Shown here: in pieces, positions 54,175 to 64,000 of the stretch
Numbering within the stretch: position 1 is the stretch's first letter
How the letters are laid out: each line of letters begins with the position of its first letter
Source: an uncultured Anaerolineaceae bacterium
GTDB taxonomy: Bacteria > Chloroflexota > Limnocylindria > Limnocylindrales > CSP1-4
Length of the DNA: 64,000 nt
Assembly: GCA_964475245.1 (NCBI GenBank)
Contig: CAYYVV010000008.1
Coordinates: forward strand, 14,078 to 78,077
Reading direction: 5' to 3'
Translations under genes and position numbers: made by a program
The notes under the pieces: generated by a model
Database searches by the model: none
What the model saw: only the letters and a program-made list of their open reading frames with translations
Told to the model about the DNA's origin: nothing

Positions 54175-55332
54175 ATGCAACGGGTGGTGATCCTGGGCGG
54201 TGGGGTTGGCGGCACGATCGTCGCCAACCTGCTCGCGCGCAAGCTCAAGCGGCAGATCGACGCCGGCGATGTCGCATTGACGGTCGTCGACCAAACGCCC
54301 AGCCACGTCTATCAGCCGGGCTTCATGTACATCGCCTTTGGCCACGAGCGGCCGGAGGATCTGCAACGGCCCGAACGGAGCCTGCTCGACAAGCGCGTCG
54401 AACTCGTCCTGGGCGAAGTCGTCGTCGTCAACGAGCAGAGCCGCACGGTCGAGCTGGCCGGTGGGCGCAGCCTTGCCTACGACCAGCTCGTGCTCGCCAC
54501 CGGCTCGCGCATCCTGCCTGAGCTGATCGAGAACTTCGACACCGAGGCCCAGCACTTCTATTCGGCCGAAGCCGCGCAGAAGCTGCGTGACGCGCTCGAC
54601 GCGTTCAAGGGCGGCAGGATCGTCGTTGCCATCGCCGGCATGCCCTACAAATGCCCGCCGGCGCCGCTCGAGGTCAGCTTCCTGATCGAGGCAGAGTTGC
54701 GCCAACGCGGCCTGCGCGACAAGAGCGAGGTTCATTTCTGCTCGCCGATCGGTCGTGCGTTCACGATCGAATCGGTCAGCGAGATGGCCACGCCGGTGCT
54801 CGAACAGAAGGGCATCGAGCTGCACACATTCTTCAATGTCGAGACGATCGACGCTCAGCGCCACGTCCTCCAGAGCCTCGAGGGCGAGGAGCTGGCGTAC
54901 GACCTGCTGATCCTGGTTCCGCCGCACAAGGGCGCCCAGTTCCTGATCGACTCCGGCCTCGCGCCGGCACCGGGCGGCTGGCTACCGACTGACCGCCATA
55001 CCCTCCTGGTCGGCGGCCGGGCGAACGTCTACGCGCTCGGCGACGCGACCGACCTGCCGCTCTCCAAGGCGGGCTCGACGGCCCATTTCGAGGCGCCGAT
55101 CGTCGCCGAACGCATCGCCGCCGCCATCACCGGACGCGAGCCCGACGCCAGACACGCGAGCTATGAAGGGCGCGTTATGTGCTTCTTCGAGATCGGCGAC
55201 GGCAAGGGCACGCTGCTCCGCTTCGATTACGAGCATCCGCCACGGCCGCCCAAGCCGAATCGCATCTGGCACCTGGGCAAGGTCATGTTCAACAAGGCGT
55301 ACTGGATGACCGTTCCAAAGGGCCGCGTCTGA
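54175..55332 (+). CDS. sqr: Sulfide:quinone oxidoreductase-like flavoprotein
   Basis: FAD motif VVILGGGVGGTIVA, conserved Cys in MPYKCPPAPLE, ALGDATDLP, and a second Cys in GRVMCFFEIG. 385 aa. Confidence 0.75.
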   Translation: MQRVVILGGGVGGTIVANLLARKLKRQIDAGDVALTVVDQTPSHVYQPGFMYIAFGHERPEDLQRPERSLLDKRVELVLGEVVVVNEQSRTVELAGGRSLAYDQLVLATGSRILPELIENFDTEAQHFYSAEAAQKLRDALDAFKGGRIVVAIAGMPYKCPPAPLEVSFLIEAELRQRGLRDKSEVHFCSPIGRAFTIESVSEMATPVLEQKGIELHTFFNVETIDAQRHVLQSLEGEELAYDLLILVPPHKGAQFLIDSGLAPAPGGWLPTDRHTLLVGGRANVYALGDATDLPLSKAGSTAHFEAPIVAERIAAAITGREPDARHASYEGRVMCFFEIGDGKGTLLRFDYEHPPRPPKPNRIWHLGKVMFNKAYWMTVPKGRV

Positions 55333-55367
55333 GATACGGGCCTGTCAATCGAATACCCCCTCCGACG

Positions 55368-55397
55368 ACGGCGGCCGGCCCGCAGCACGGCCGCCGT
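55368..55397. terminator. Bidirectional hairpin between convergent genes
   Basis: ACGGCGGCCG-gcccgcagca-CGGCCGCCGT is a perfect 10-bp GC-rich stem with a 10-nt loop, between the sqr stop (55332) and the yceI-like stop (55411). There is no obvious U-tract. Confidence 0.45.
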
Positions 55398-55410
55398 TCG
55401 CTATGGCGCG

Positions 55411-56139
55411 TCAGGAGTGGGTGAAGAAGAGCTGGAACTCGATCGTGCCGCTGTCAGAGACGGACAGGACCACTGGCGCTGCCGGCGCGCTCATGCCGTA
55501 GTCGGCGAACGCGAACGGCGTCGACCCGACCACGACGATGACGCTGTCCTTGAGCTGCGCCTGGAGGGTCACGGTCACGGCCTTCGTGACGCCGTGGACG
55601 GTCATGTTGCCGGTGGCCGTGAGGTTGTACGTGACGCCCTCCACGGGCGCTTGCGGCAGGCTCACGGGAGCGGTCAGATCGAACGTGGCGGTCGGATACG
55701 TGTTCGTCTCGAGCGTGCGCTGGATTGCCGGGTCGCGCCGTGGCTGGTCGCTCGTGATCGAGGTCAAGTCGACATCGACGTGTACCGCGGACAGCGTTTG
55801 GCCGCTCAGCGTCAGCTGGCCGGAGACGTTCGGGGTGCGGCCGATGGCCGTGTTGTTGCCGATATTCGAGAGGACCTCCTGGACGCGGAAGCCCGCCCAC
55901 GCACTCGAGTAGTCGCTGTACGAGCCGATCGTCGTGTCGACGTTCCAGGTCCCGTCGGTCGTGCCGAGAGTCGCGCCCGCGCGGGCCGCGTCGGATGCGA
56001 CCGCGCCTGCCGCCTGGTCGATCGACGCCGCGCCAGGCGCGTGGCCGCTGAAGAAGTACCACAGCCCGACTCCCCCGGCGACGGCCAGCACGAGAACGAC
56101 AACGACGGCGGAGATGACGACGCGGCGGCGGGTGACCAT
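55411..56139 (-). CDS. YceI-family (polyisoprenoid-binding) protein with an N-terminal membrane anchor
   Basis: TM helix VISAVVVVLVLAVAGGVGLWYFF followed by a YceI-like beta-barrel pattern (WNVDT...AGFRVQE...LTATGNMTVHGVTKAVTVTL). Confidence 0.75.
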   Translation of the reverse strand: MVTRRRVVISAVVVVLVLAVAGGVGLWYFFSGHAPGAASIDQAAGAVASDAARAGATLGTTDGTWNVDTTIGSYSDYSSAWAGFRVQEVLSNIGNNTAIGRTPNVSGQLTLSGQTLSAVHVDVDLTSITSDQPRRDPAIQRTLETNTYPTATFDLTAPVSLPQAPVEGVTYNLTATGNMTVHGVTKAVTVTLQAQLKDSVIVVVGSTPFAFADYGMSAPAAPVVLSVSDSGTIEFQLFFTHS

Positions 56140-56172
56140 GGCGCGATCTTGACGGTTGCTGCTGTGCGTTGG

Positions 56173-57099
56173 CTATGCGGACCCTGAAAGGTCACTGACC
56201 TCGCCGGCCAGCCAGGCGGTCACCCGCTCGACGTCCGCGTCGTCGCCGGCGTGGCCGGCCGAGTCATGCGCGTCGACCATCGCGTTCGGGATATGCGCTG
56301 CCAGCCAGTCGCCGTGCGCCGGCGGAACCAGGTTGTCAGTCCGGCCGAACTTGAGCGCGGTGGGAACGCGGATCGACTCGACCTTGAAGCCCCAGGGCTT
56401 GACAAAGGCGAGCATGTCGTCGACCCAGCCATCGACGCCGGGCGCCAGGCAGTTGAAAAACTGGTCGGCGACCCGGGTCATGTGTCTCGCCATCTGCGCC
56501 TTGTCCGCCTCGGACAGCTCGTAGCTGTCGCCAAGAAAGTCGGCGCGTCCCTCAGCCAGGCGCTCGAGCGTCGTCTTGCGCTCGCGCTCGGCGATGCGGC
56601 GGTGCTGCTCCTCGCCCTCCATCGCCGCGTTGAACTCCTCGACGTTGCCCTCGGTCATGCCCGCCAGCCAGTCGAGGCCTTCCGCCGGGTAGGGCGCGAT
56701 CGACACCTCGGCCAGGCAGCGGATGACGCGGTCGGGCATCAGCGCGGCCGTGGCCAGGCAATGCGGTCCGCCGCCCGAGCCGCCGCTGACGACGAAACGG
56801 TCGATGCCCAAGGCGGCGGTGATGGCTTCGACGTCGATGACGACGTCCGCGACGGTGCGGCCCCTGAAGCGAGTCGACTCGCCGTAACCCGGCCGGTCGT
56901 ACGTCAAGCGGCGCAGGCCGTGCCTGGCATAGATCGTTGGATCTTCCCAGTATGTGATCCGGCCGCCGGGCGTGCCGTGCATGGCGATCTCCGGCACGCC
57001 ATCAGGGTCGCCCCACTCGGCCACGGCCAAAGTCCGGCCATCTGCCGTCTTGATGCGGTGCTCGAGATGTGCGGGCGTGTGGATTTCAGGCGCTTTCAT
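56173..57099 (-). CDS. Alpha/beta hydrolase (proline-iminopeptidase-like)
   Basis: HGTPGGR oxyanion region, nucleophile elbow VSGGSGGG, and a C-terminal His region (AGHAG). Confidence 0.75.
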   Translation of the reverse strand: MKAPEIHTPAHLEHRIKTADGRTLAVAEWGDPDGVPEIAMHGTPGGRITYWEDPTIYARHGLRRLTYDRPGYGESTRFRGRTVADVVIDVEAITAALGIDRFVVSGGSGGGPHCLATAALMPDRVIRCLAEVSIAPYPAEGLDWLAGMTEGNVEEFNAAMEGEEQHRRIAERERKTTLERLAEGRADFLGDSYELSEADKAQMARHMTRVADQFFNCLAPGVDGWVDDMLAFVKPWGFKVESIRVPTALKFGRTDNLVPPAHGDWLAAHIPNAMVDAHDSAGHAGDDADVERVTAWLAGEVSDLSGSA

Positions 57100-57301
57100 C
57101 GCGCGATGCTAGTCGGCGAGGCTCGCGCACGGGCGGAAGCCAGCGGGTGGCGCTTTTGCGCACAGTGACTCTGGCCCATACGCCTCTGGCACTGTCGGTC
57201 CATTGCCCGTGCCGCTCCGATGGACGACTGTGCGTGTAACGAGGCACGCGCCCCAGCGCCCCAGCTAATGCGTGCCACGACCGTCGGGTGGAGGGACCTG
57301 G

Positions 57302-57799
57302 ATGGCCTCGCTTCGTGTTCATTCCGTTCGTGTCGGACTCATCGCGCTGCTCATCGCCGCGTTCATGCAGATGCTCGCGCCCGTCACGGCCGCGGCAACA
57401 CCAAATACCGAGTACGACCTCATCTATGCCACGGCCCACGCCAAGATGGGCGATCAGTGGAAGGAACGCGGCCGTGGCCCGAACGTGTTCGACTGCTCGG
57501 GCCTGGTCTGGTACGCATTCCACAGCAACGGCCTGCAGGGCGACATCGGCGGCTATCGCAGCGTCGCCGGCTACTACAACTGGTTCAAGCAGCGCGGCCT
57601 GGTGAGCAAGACCGACCCGCAGCTGGGTGATCTCGTCGTCTGGGGCAACAACCAGCATATCGGGATCTACATCGGCAACGGCCAGGCGATCAGCACGCTC
57701 ATCACCAAGCACGGCGTGTCGATCCACCCGGTCAAGGGCTACCTGGGCATCAAGTTCAAGGCCTACCTGCACACCCAGATCACGCGGCCGAGCGTCTAG
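57302..57799 (+). CDS. Secreted NlpC/P60 (C40) cell-wall peptidase
   Basis: Signal peptide MASLRVHSVRVGLIALLIAAFMQMLAPVTAAA, catalytic Cys in FDCSGLVWYAF, and His in HIGIYIGNG. The ATG is preceded by GGAGGG. Confidence 0.85.
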   Translation: MASLRVHSVRVGLIALLIAAFMQMLAPVTAAATPNTEYDLIYATAHAKMGDQWKERGRGPNVFDCSGLVWYAFHSNGLQGDIGGYRSVAGYYNWFKQRGLVSKTDPQLGDLVVWGNNQHIGIYIGNGQAISTLITKHGVSIHPVKGYLGIKFKAYLHTQITRPSV

Positions 57800-57909
57800 C
57801 CCGGTCGCGTTCATCTGGAACGCAACGGCAACCAGCGGGCCTGGGACGCGACACAACCCTGCGGCGGCGGTTCGCGCTGTGATGGGCCGATCGGGTAGCC
57901 TCGTCGGCC

Positions 57910-59196
57910 GTGACAGCCGAGCCAGAGAGGCAGCCAAACACAGCGGATCCTGCACCGGCCGCTGACGAACGGCCGCCCCGGTCCGACTGGCCGGTCCTGC
58001 TCGTTGTCTTCTGGATCGTTTCGCTGGTCGAGGGCGCGGGCGTCAGCCAGGTCTTCGCGTTTCTGCCGGATTACCTCAACCAGATGGGCGTCGGTGGTTC
58101 CGACCGCCTCGCCTTCGTCGGCCTGTTTTCATCGCTCATGTTCGTCGTCGGCGCGCCGCTCGTGCCGCTCTGGGGCGTATGGGCCGACAAGTACAGCCGC
58201 AAGGCGGTCATCATCCGAAGTGCCCTCGTAGAGGCGGTAGTTTTCAGCGCGGTCGCACTGAGCCGGACTCCTTTGGAGCTTGCGCTGAGCCTGCTGCTCG
58301 TCGGCCTGCAACTGGGCAACACGGGCGTGATGCTCGCGGCCATCCGCGACGTCGCACCGCGCCGCGTCCTGGGGACGGCCATCGGCTTCTTCGGCTCGAG
58401 TACGGCTATCGGCTTCGCGCTCGGTCCGATTGTCGGTGGCTTCATCGTCGACAGCCTGGGGTTCTCGTTGTCGGCGGTCTTCGCGGTCTCCGCGGCAGCG
58501 TCCGTCGGGACTGCAGCGCTCGTTTGGCTGACACGCGAGGTGCGCCCGACAGTGGTGCCCCAGGGACGAATCATTGCCCTCGCCTATAGCGCGGTGCGGG
58601 CAGTGATCGGCGATCCGGCGGTGCGCCGCGTGTTCCTGATCTACGGCGTCGCGTTCCTCGCCAACCAGATGACGCGACCGTACGTGCCGGTGCTGATCGA
58701 GGGCATCGTCGGGAGTGGGCCGGGCCTCGCGAGCTCGATAGGGTTCGTCACCGGGACCGCGGCGCTGATCGGCGCGCTGGCCTCCCCGTTGGGCGGCATC
58801 GCCGGCGACCGAATCGGCTTCCGCGCGGTTCTCGTGACCGGCCTGGTCGGCGGGGCCCTCGCGCTGGCTGTTCAGCCTTGGCAGTCCAGCCTGCTGCTGC
58901 TCGCGCTGGCCGTGCTCGCCTTCGTGTTCTTCAACGGCATCGTCGGGCCCATGGTCTTCAGCCTGCTCGCGACAGAGGTCCCCTCGGAGCGCCGATCGAC
59001 GACGCTGAACCTCGTCTACCTGCCGCTCTACGCGGCCGGCATCGTCGGCCCGGCGACCGGCGCGCTGGCCACCGGCGTCGCCGGCGTGACCGCTCCATTC
59101 GCGCTTGGCGCGTTGGTGCTGGGAGTCTCGGCCGTGGCCATCGCGGTCGCCATGCGCGCCCAGCGTGGGCGAGCCGCGGCGACCATCGACGTCTAG
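57910..59196 (+). CDS. MFS transporter (12-TM)
   Basis: GTG start, 428 aa, and the MFS motif region GVWADKYSRK between TM2 and TM3. Confidence 0.8.
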   Translation: MTAEPERQPNTADPAPAADERPPRSDWPVLLVVFWIVSLVEGAGVSQVFAFLPDYLNQMGVGGSDRLAFVGLFSSLMFVVGAPLVPLWGVWADKYSRKAVIIRSALVEAVVFSAVALSRTPLELALSLLLVGLQLGNTGVMLAAIRDVAPRRVLGTAIGFFGSSTAIGFALGPIVGGFIVDSLGFSLSAVFAVSAAASVGTAALVWLTREVRPTVVPQGRIIALAYSAVRAVIGDPAVRRVFLIYGVAFLANQMTRPYVPVLIEGIVGSGPGLASSIGFVTGTAALIGALASPLGGIAGDRIGFRAVLVTGLVGGALALAVQPWQSSLLLLALAVLAFVFFNGIVGPMVFSLLATEVPSERRSTTLNLVYLPLYAAGIVGPATGALATGVAGVTAPFALGALVLGVSAVAIAVAMRAQRGRAAATIDV

Positions 59197-60644
59197 CTGG
59201 CGAGTCCTTCCGCCTGTTCAGCGTGGCGAGCGGCGACCTCCCTGGACCCGGGCAGGAATAGCGCTGGAATGATGGCGAGCGCCGTCAGGCCGATCGACCA
59301 CCAGAATGCGTTGTCGAACGCGGCGGCGCGCCCGACGAGTCCGGCGGCGGCCTGCGCGGCGAGCTGTGTCTGGAGAATCAGGGCGAAGACGGCCGCGCCA
59401 AAGGCACCGCCAAGTTGCATCGTGATCCGAGTCGCGATGCTGGCGTGGGGTACATCGTTGGGTTTCAGGCCCAGGTAAGCCGCGGCCATGATGGGGATGG
59501 TCACCATTCCGAGGCCTGCGCCACGGATGACCAGAGAAGCCCCGAGAAGAAGCTCATTGGTGTCCAGACCCGCCTGCGTGTAGGCGAGCGTGCCGGCGAT
59601 CGTGAGCAGAAAGCCGACAAGGACGATGGGCCGGGCGCCGATACGGTCAGTCAGCTTGCCCGCGTAGCCCCGCGTCAAAAGCATGCCCAACCCCTGCGGG
59701 GCAAGAAGCAGACCGGCGGCGAGAGCGCTCTGGCCGCGCACCTGCTGCTCGTAAAGGGGCAGCAGCAACATGGCCCCATAGACCGACAGGCCCGACAGGA
59801 ACAGCAGGATGTTCGAGGCCGTGAAGGAACGCACTGCAAACAGGCGCACGTCGAGCAGCGGTGGGCGCTTGGTGTTGAGGGCGTGCACGACGAAGCCGAC
59901 GAGGAGCACGGCGCCGATCGCGACAGGTAGGAGCACAGCAGAGTTGTCGAACCCGCCATTGCTGCCGGCTTGCGACAGCCCGTAGAGCATCGCGACCAAG
60001 CCGGGCGATAGCAGGGCCAAACCGATGACGTCGAGGTGAGAACTCTTCTTTGGAGCGGTCGGCGCCAGGTGACGCCAGGCGAGCACCAGGCCAACTACGC
60101 AGAACGGAATGTTGACCCAGAAGATCCAGTGCCACGAGAGCTGGCTCAGGATCAGGCCGCCCAGAACCGGACCGAGGATCGGCCCGAGCAATGCCGGAAG
60201 GCTGATCAGGGCCATCATGCGCCCCAGGTTGCGTTTGCCCGCGGCATTGACCAGCAGGGTCTGCAGGACGGGCAGCATCAGGCCACCACCGATGCCCTGC
60301 AGCACCCGGGCGGCAATCAGGACCTCGATGCTCCAGGCCAGGCTCGAGAGGATCGATCCGACCATGAAGAGGGCCAGCGCGCCCATCCAGACCTGCTTGG
60401 CACCAAAGCGATCCATGGCCCAGCCGCTGACCGGGACCACCATCGCGAGTGCCAGCACGTAGGCGCTGATGACCCACTGGGTCGTCGACACCGACGAGTT
60501 CAGCTCTCGCGACAGCGTGTCGATGGCCACGTTGACGATGGTCGTGTCGAACATGACCGCCATCGCCCCCGTGAGCAGGATCAGCGCGAGCTTCAGGAAC
60601 GCTGGATCGAGTCCATCGTTCCTCGTCTGCTCCGTCATTTCCAA
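59193..60644 (-). CDS. DHA2-family MFS efflux pump (EmrB/QacA-like, 14-TM)
   Basis: 483 aa. FDTTIVNVAI...WVISAYVLALA...GWAMDRFGAK motifs are typical of DHA2. Confidence 0.85.
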   Translation of the reverse strand: MEMTEQTRNDGLDPAFLKLALILLTGAMAVMFDTTIVNVAIDTLSRELNSSVSTTQWVISAYVLALAMVVPVSGWAMDRFGAKQVWMGALALFMVGSILSSLAWSIEVLIAARVLQGIGGGLMLPVLQTLLVNAAGKRNLGRMMALISLPALLGPILGPVLGGLILSQLSWHWIFWVNIPFCVVGLVLAWRHLAPTAPKKSSHLDVIGLALLSPGLVAMLYGLSQAGSNGGFDNSAVLLPVAIGAVLLVGFVVHALNTKRPPLLDVRLFAVRSFTASNILLFLSGLSVYGAMLLLPLYEQQVRGQSALAAGLLLAPQGLGMLLTRGYAGKLTDRIGARPIVLVGFLLTIAGTLAYTQAGLDTNELLLGASLVIRGAGLGMVTIPIMAAAYLGLKPNDVPHASIATRITMQLGGAFGAAVFALILQTQLAAQAAAGLVGRAAAFDNAFWWSIGLTALAIIPALFLPGSREVAARHAEQAEGLAS

Positions 60645-60663
60645 GGCCTCATTTCACTCGATT

Positions 60664-60679
60664 AGATACGTACTTGTCT
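60664..60679. promoter_or_regulatory. Candidate TetR operator (imperfect 16-bp palindrome)
   Basis: AGATACGTACTTGTCT is 12/16 self-complementary around a central GTAC. It lies in the 93-bp divergent region between the DHA2 pump and tetR. A TACAAT -10-like hexamer is at 60693..60698. Confidence 0.3.
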
Positions 60680-60737
60680 CTAACGAGCACTCTACAATGG
60701 GCGAATAAGAAACGCAAGCGCACCCTAGGAGACACGG

Positions 60738-61367
60738 ATGGCGGCGATTGGAAGTGCCGGCACCCCGACGCCGGCCTCGCGAAAGGCGGGGCCGCCGACG
60801 CGTCGGCGCGGGTCCACGCTCGAGGCGGCGCTGCTGCAGGCGGCCTGGGACGAGCTGACCGAGGTCGGCTACGCGGCGTTCACGATGGAAGGTGTCGCGG
60901 TTCGAGCCAAGACGAGCCGGGCGGTTCTGTACCGGCGCTGGCCAAATAGCCCCGAGCTCGTCGTCGCTGCCCTGCAACATCATGTCGGGTCGGACCCGTT
61001 TCAGGCCCCGGACACAGGGTCGCTGCGCGAAGACCTCCTGGCCGTACTCCGCCATCTGTCGACACAGGTTGGCGATCTCGCCGGGACGCTGAGCTTCCTG
61101 ATCGCCGACTCCTACAACAAGTTCGGGATGTCGCCCGCCGCCCTGCGCGAGCGGGCGCTCGCGGGCACCGCAAAGGGCGGCACCGCGCTCGTCTTCGCGC
61201 GAGCGATCGCCCGCGGTGAGATCGACCCGGCCCGTCTGAGCCCCCGGGTACGTTCCCTACCGGTGGACCTTGTCCGCCACGAGCTGATAATGACCCAGGC
61301 GCCGGTTCCCGACGCCACCGTCGTCGAGATCGTCGACCGGATCTTCCTTCCCCTCGTACGCGGATGA
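60738..61367 (+). CDS. TetR/AcrR-family transcriptional regulator
   Basis: HTH region AAWDELTEVGYAAFTMEGVAVRAKTSRAVLYRRWPN. Confidence 0.85.
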   Translation: MAAIGSAGTPTPASRKAGPPTRRRGSTLEAALLQAAWDELTEVGYAAFTMEGVAVRAKTSRAVLYRRWPNSPELVVAALQHHVGSDPFQAPDTGSLREDLLAVLRHLSTQVGDLAGTLSFLIADSYNKFGMSPAALRERALAGTAKGGTALVFARAIARGEIDPARLSPRVRSLPVDLVRHELIMTQAPVPDATVVEIVDRIFLPLVRG

Positions 61368-61418
61368 GGCCGGGGCACAAGAGCCCTGACCTCGCCGAAG
61401 TCCTCGGCGGGTGAGGCG

Positions 61419-62341
<923 letters not shown>

Positions 62342-62345
<4 letters not shown>

Positions 62346-63514
62346 GCGACAACACCGGCGGTCGACCAACCACCTTCCTCGTCGCCCGCCGCGAGGTCCG
62401 CATGCGGATGCGCTCGCGAGTCTTCGTTGGCGGCACGATAGTGATGACGGTCGGCGTCGTCGTCGGCATCGTCGTGGCGTCGCTGCTCGCCGGCAGGTCC
62501 ACGCCGGTGCGCGTCGGCTTCAGTGACGGCTCACAGGCACTCGAGCGTTCGTTCTCGGCAACTGCTGCGGCTATAGGTGCGAGCGTCACGGTCAGCGACA
62601 TCGCCGACGACAACGCTGGGCAGGCGCAACTGACGGCGGGCACGCTTGACGTACTCGTGACCGGGTCGGCAACAGCGCCGACAGCCGTGGTCAAGACCGC
62701 AATCTCGCCGAGTGTCGAGTCCGCGTTGTCCCTGGCGGCAGAGGCCACGCGTCTCTCCGACGCCGGCCTTACGCCCGCGGCCGTGGCCTCGGCCATGGCC
62801 CTCGTACCGGTCCAGCCCCTGCAGCCGCCCAACCCCAAGGACACGGAGAACATCCTTGCCAGCCTGGCCCTCGGCATCGTGCTCTGGATCGCGCTCGGCC
62901 AGTACGGGAACATGGTGGCCCAGGGCGTGGTCGAGGAGAAGGCGACGCGGATCATGGAGATCCTGCTCGCCACGATCCAGCCGAGCCGCCTGCTCGCGGG
63001 CAAGGTCATCGGGATCGGCCTCGTCGGCCTCCTGCAGCTCACGATCGTGGGCGCGGCGGCGCTGATCGCGGTCCAGGTGACCAATGTCGCCGCGATACCG
63101 GCCCTTGGAGTGGCCTCGATTCTGGCCGACGTGGTGTGGTTCGTGCTCGGTTTTCTCTTCTACGCCACCGCGTATGCCGCGGTCGCCTCCCTCGTCTCGC
63201 GCCAGGAGGAAGTCCAGAGCGCCGTCGCGCCGATCTCGATCTTCCAGATTGCGGGGTACCTGCTCATGTACGCCGCGCTGCCGAATCCGACGGGTCCCTT
63301 GGCCACGGTGGTCTCCGTGCTTCCGCCGTTCGCGCCAATCGTCATGGCGGTGCGGATGGCCAGCAGCGACGTGCCGTTCTGGCAGGTCGGCCTGGCGATA
63401 GGGCTGACCGTGGCATCCATCGTCGGCCTGACCTGGCTCGCCGGCCGCATGTACACCAACGCCGCGCTTCATCTCGGCGCACGGGTTCGGTTCATGGACG
63501 CATTCCGTGGGTAA
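62342..63514 (+). CDS. ABC-2 type permease (NatB-like)
   Basis: The GTG overlaps the ATPase stop. An N-terminal TM and an extracytoplasmic loop are followed by about 5 TM helices. Confidence 0.75.
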
Positions 63515-63577
63515 CGCTCGCGGCAGGTACAGAATGTTCCGGGCCTGTAGGGCCGCAGCGATCGAAGGAGGAATCAG

Positions 63578-63751
63578 ATGCCGCCTCGTGTGAGGGCCCA
63601 TCCATTCTTGACCCTGATGGCGGTGGTCTCCGCCGTCCTCATCGTGGTCGGCCGGATCAACAGAGACGTCTGGTGGGGCGACTGGGTCTTTGGCGCCGGA
63701 ATCGCGCTGATTGTGGTTGCAGGCGCCCTCTTCCTACTTTCCAGGCGCTGA
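63578..63751 (+). CDS. Small 2-TM membrane protein (57 aa), below the ORF-track cut-off
   Basis: My own translation: AAGGAGG 7 nt upstream of the ATG, then MPPRVRAHPFLTLMAVVSAVLIVVGRINRDVWWGDWVFGAGIALIVVAGALFLLSRR. Confidence 0.5.
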   Translation: MPPRVRAHPFLTLMAVVSAVLIVVGRINRDVWWGDWVFGAGIALIVVAGALFLLSRR

Positions 63752-63754
63752 GCG

Positions 63755-63907
63755 TTGCCTCATCAAGTCCCGCTGATCCTGGTGATCACGGCGGCGATCA
63801 TCATCGTGTACGGCCGAGTGAGCAAGCGCTGGCCGATAGCGATTCTCGGCTTCGTGCTGCTTGCCCTGGCCGGTCTGATCGTCGTCCTGGGGTTGGCGAC
63901 TGCGTAG
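63755..63907 (+). CDS. Small 2-TM membrane protein (50 aa), possible paralog of the preceding one
   Basis: A TTG 3 nt after the previous stop gives LPHQVPLILVITAAIIIVYGRVSKRWPIAILGFVLLALAGLIVVLGLATA. It has the same TM-GR-x4-W-TM layout. Confidence 0.35.
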   Translation: MPHQVPLILVITAAIIIVYGRVSKRWPIAILGFVLLALAGLIVVLGLATA

Positions 63908-63963
63908 AGCCGGCCCGTCGGCGCTGAGGCGATTCGCCAGCGTCAGCGTTGCGGCCGATTTGA

Positions 63964-64000
63964 TGGTCGGGGTGGCCGGATTCGAACCGGCGACCCCCTG
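63964..64000 (-). tRNA. tRNA, 3' portion only (T-arm, acceptor, CCA); acceptor stem typical of tRNA-Pro
   Basis: The reverse complement reads ...GGGGGTC-GCCGG-TTCGAAT-CCGGC-CACCCCG-A-CCA. The anticodon lies outside the window. Confidence 0.6.

Noticed and set aside
57100-57301. A c-di-AMP (ydaO/kimA-type) riboswitch upstream of the NlpC/P60 hydrolase gene, a common arrangement in Actinobacteria.
   Set aside because: I could not find the conserved ydaO core elements by eye. There are only generic GC-rich stems. An Infernal scan would be needed to revive this.

Overview
Visibly GC-rich (not computed), very gene-dense bacterial chromosomal window. Its content fits a Chloroflexota/Actinomycetota-like organism: three LLM/F420-type oxidoreductases, a type III glutamine synthetase, ResB, and many 1-4 nt start/stop overlaps. 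I support about 65 protein genes, one complete tRNA-Pro(CGG) and one tRNA fragment at the right edge. I saw no rRNA, CRISPR array, transposase, integrase or phage genes.

Main blocks:
- 0.4-7.8 kb: Rieske oxygenase, Rieske ferredoxin, SRPBCC and LLM genes, plus a large secreted SpoIID-like/FG-GAP/FN3 protein.
- 7.8-15 kb: signalling genes, namely a degenerate GAF-GGDEF protein and a cyclase-NB-ARC-TPR STAND protein.
- 15.1-21.9 kb: a nine-gene GntR-headed operon. It joins a four-polypeptide molybdenum hydroxylase (split large subunit) and CoxG to a cupin, a KDG-type sugar kinase and an unknown protein.
- 22-25.4 kb: ABM, epimerase and an ABC exporter whose ATPase carries an N-terminal PLDc_N membrane domain.
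- 25.4-28.5 kb: MoxR, VWA(CoxE) and XdhC cofactor-maturation genes.
- 30.0-31.7 kb: a VapC/Phd toxin-antitoxin pair next to tRNA-Pro. The antitoxin is the stop-less continuation of a 292-codon unknown ORF, with a promoter-like AT-rich repeat at the junction.
- 31.9-51.6 kb: housekeeping and metabolic genes (GH13, MFS, SDR, mmsA, tag, DinB, glnN, resB, a PLP enzyme, GGDEF, NhaP, a flavoprotein disulfide reductase, Pat-like acetyltransferase).
- 52.3-55.3 kb: ArsR-DsrE-TusA-DsrE-TusA-SQR sulfur-trafficking operon.
- 55.4-63.9 kb: YceI, a hydrolase, NlpC/P60, two MFS pumps, TetR with an ABC-2 exporter, and two tiny tandem membrane proteins.

The best candidates for something not yet described are the Mo-hydroxylase/sugar-kinase operon, the SQR-linked double DsrE/TusA module, the PLDc_N-ABC fusion and the read-through antitoxin ORF. 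All family calls rest on motifs read by eye and remembered family signatures. No database search was run.
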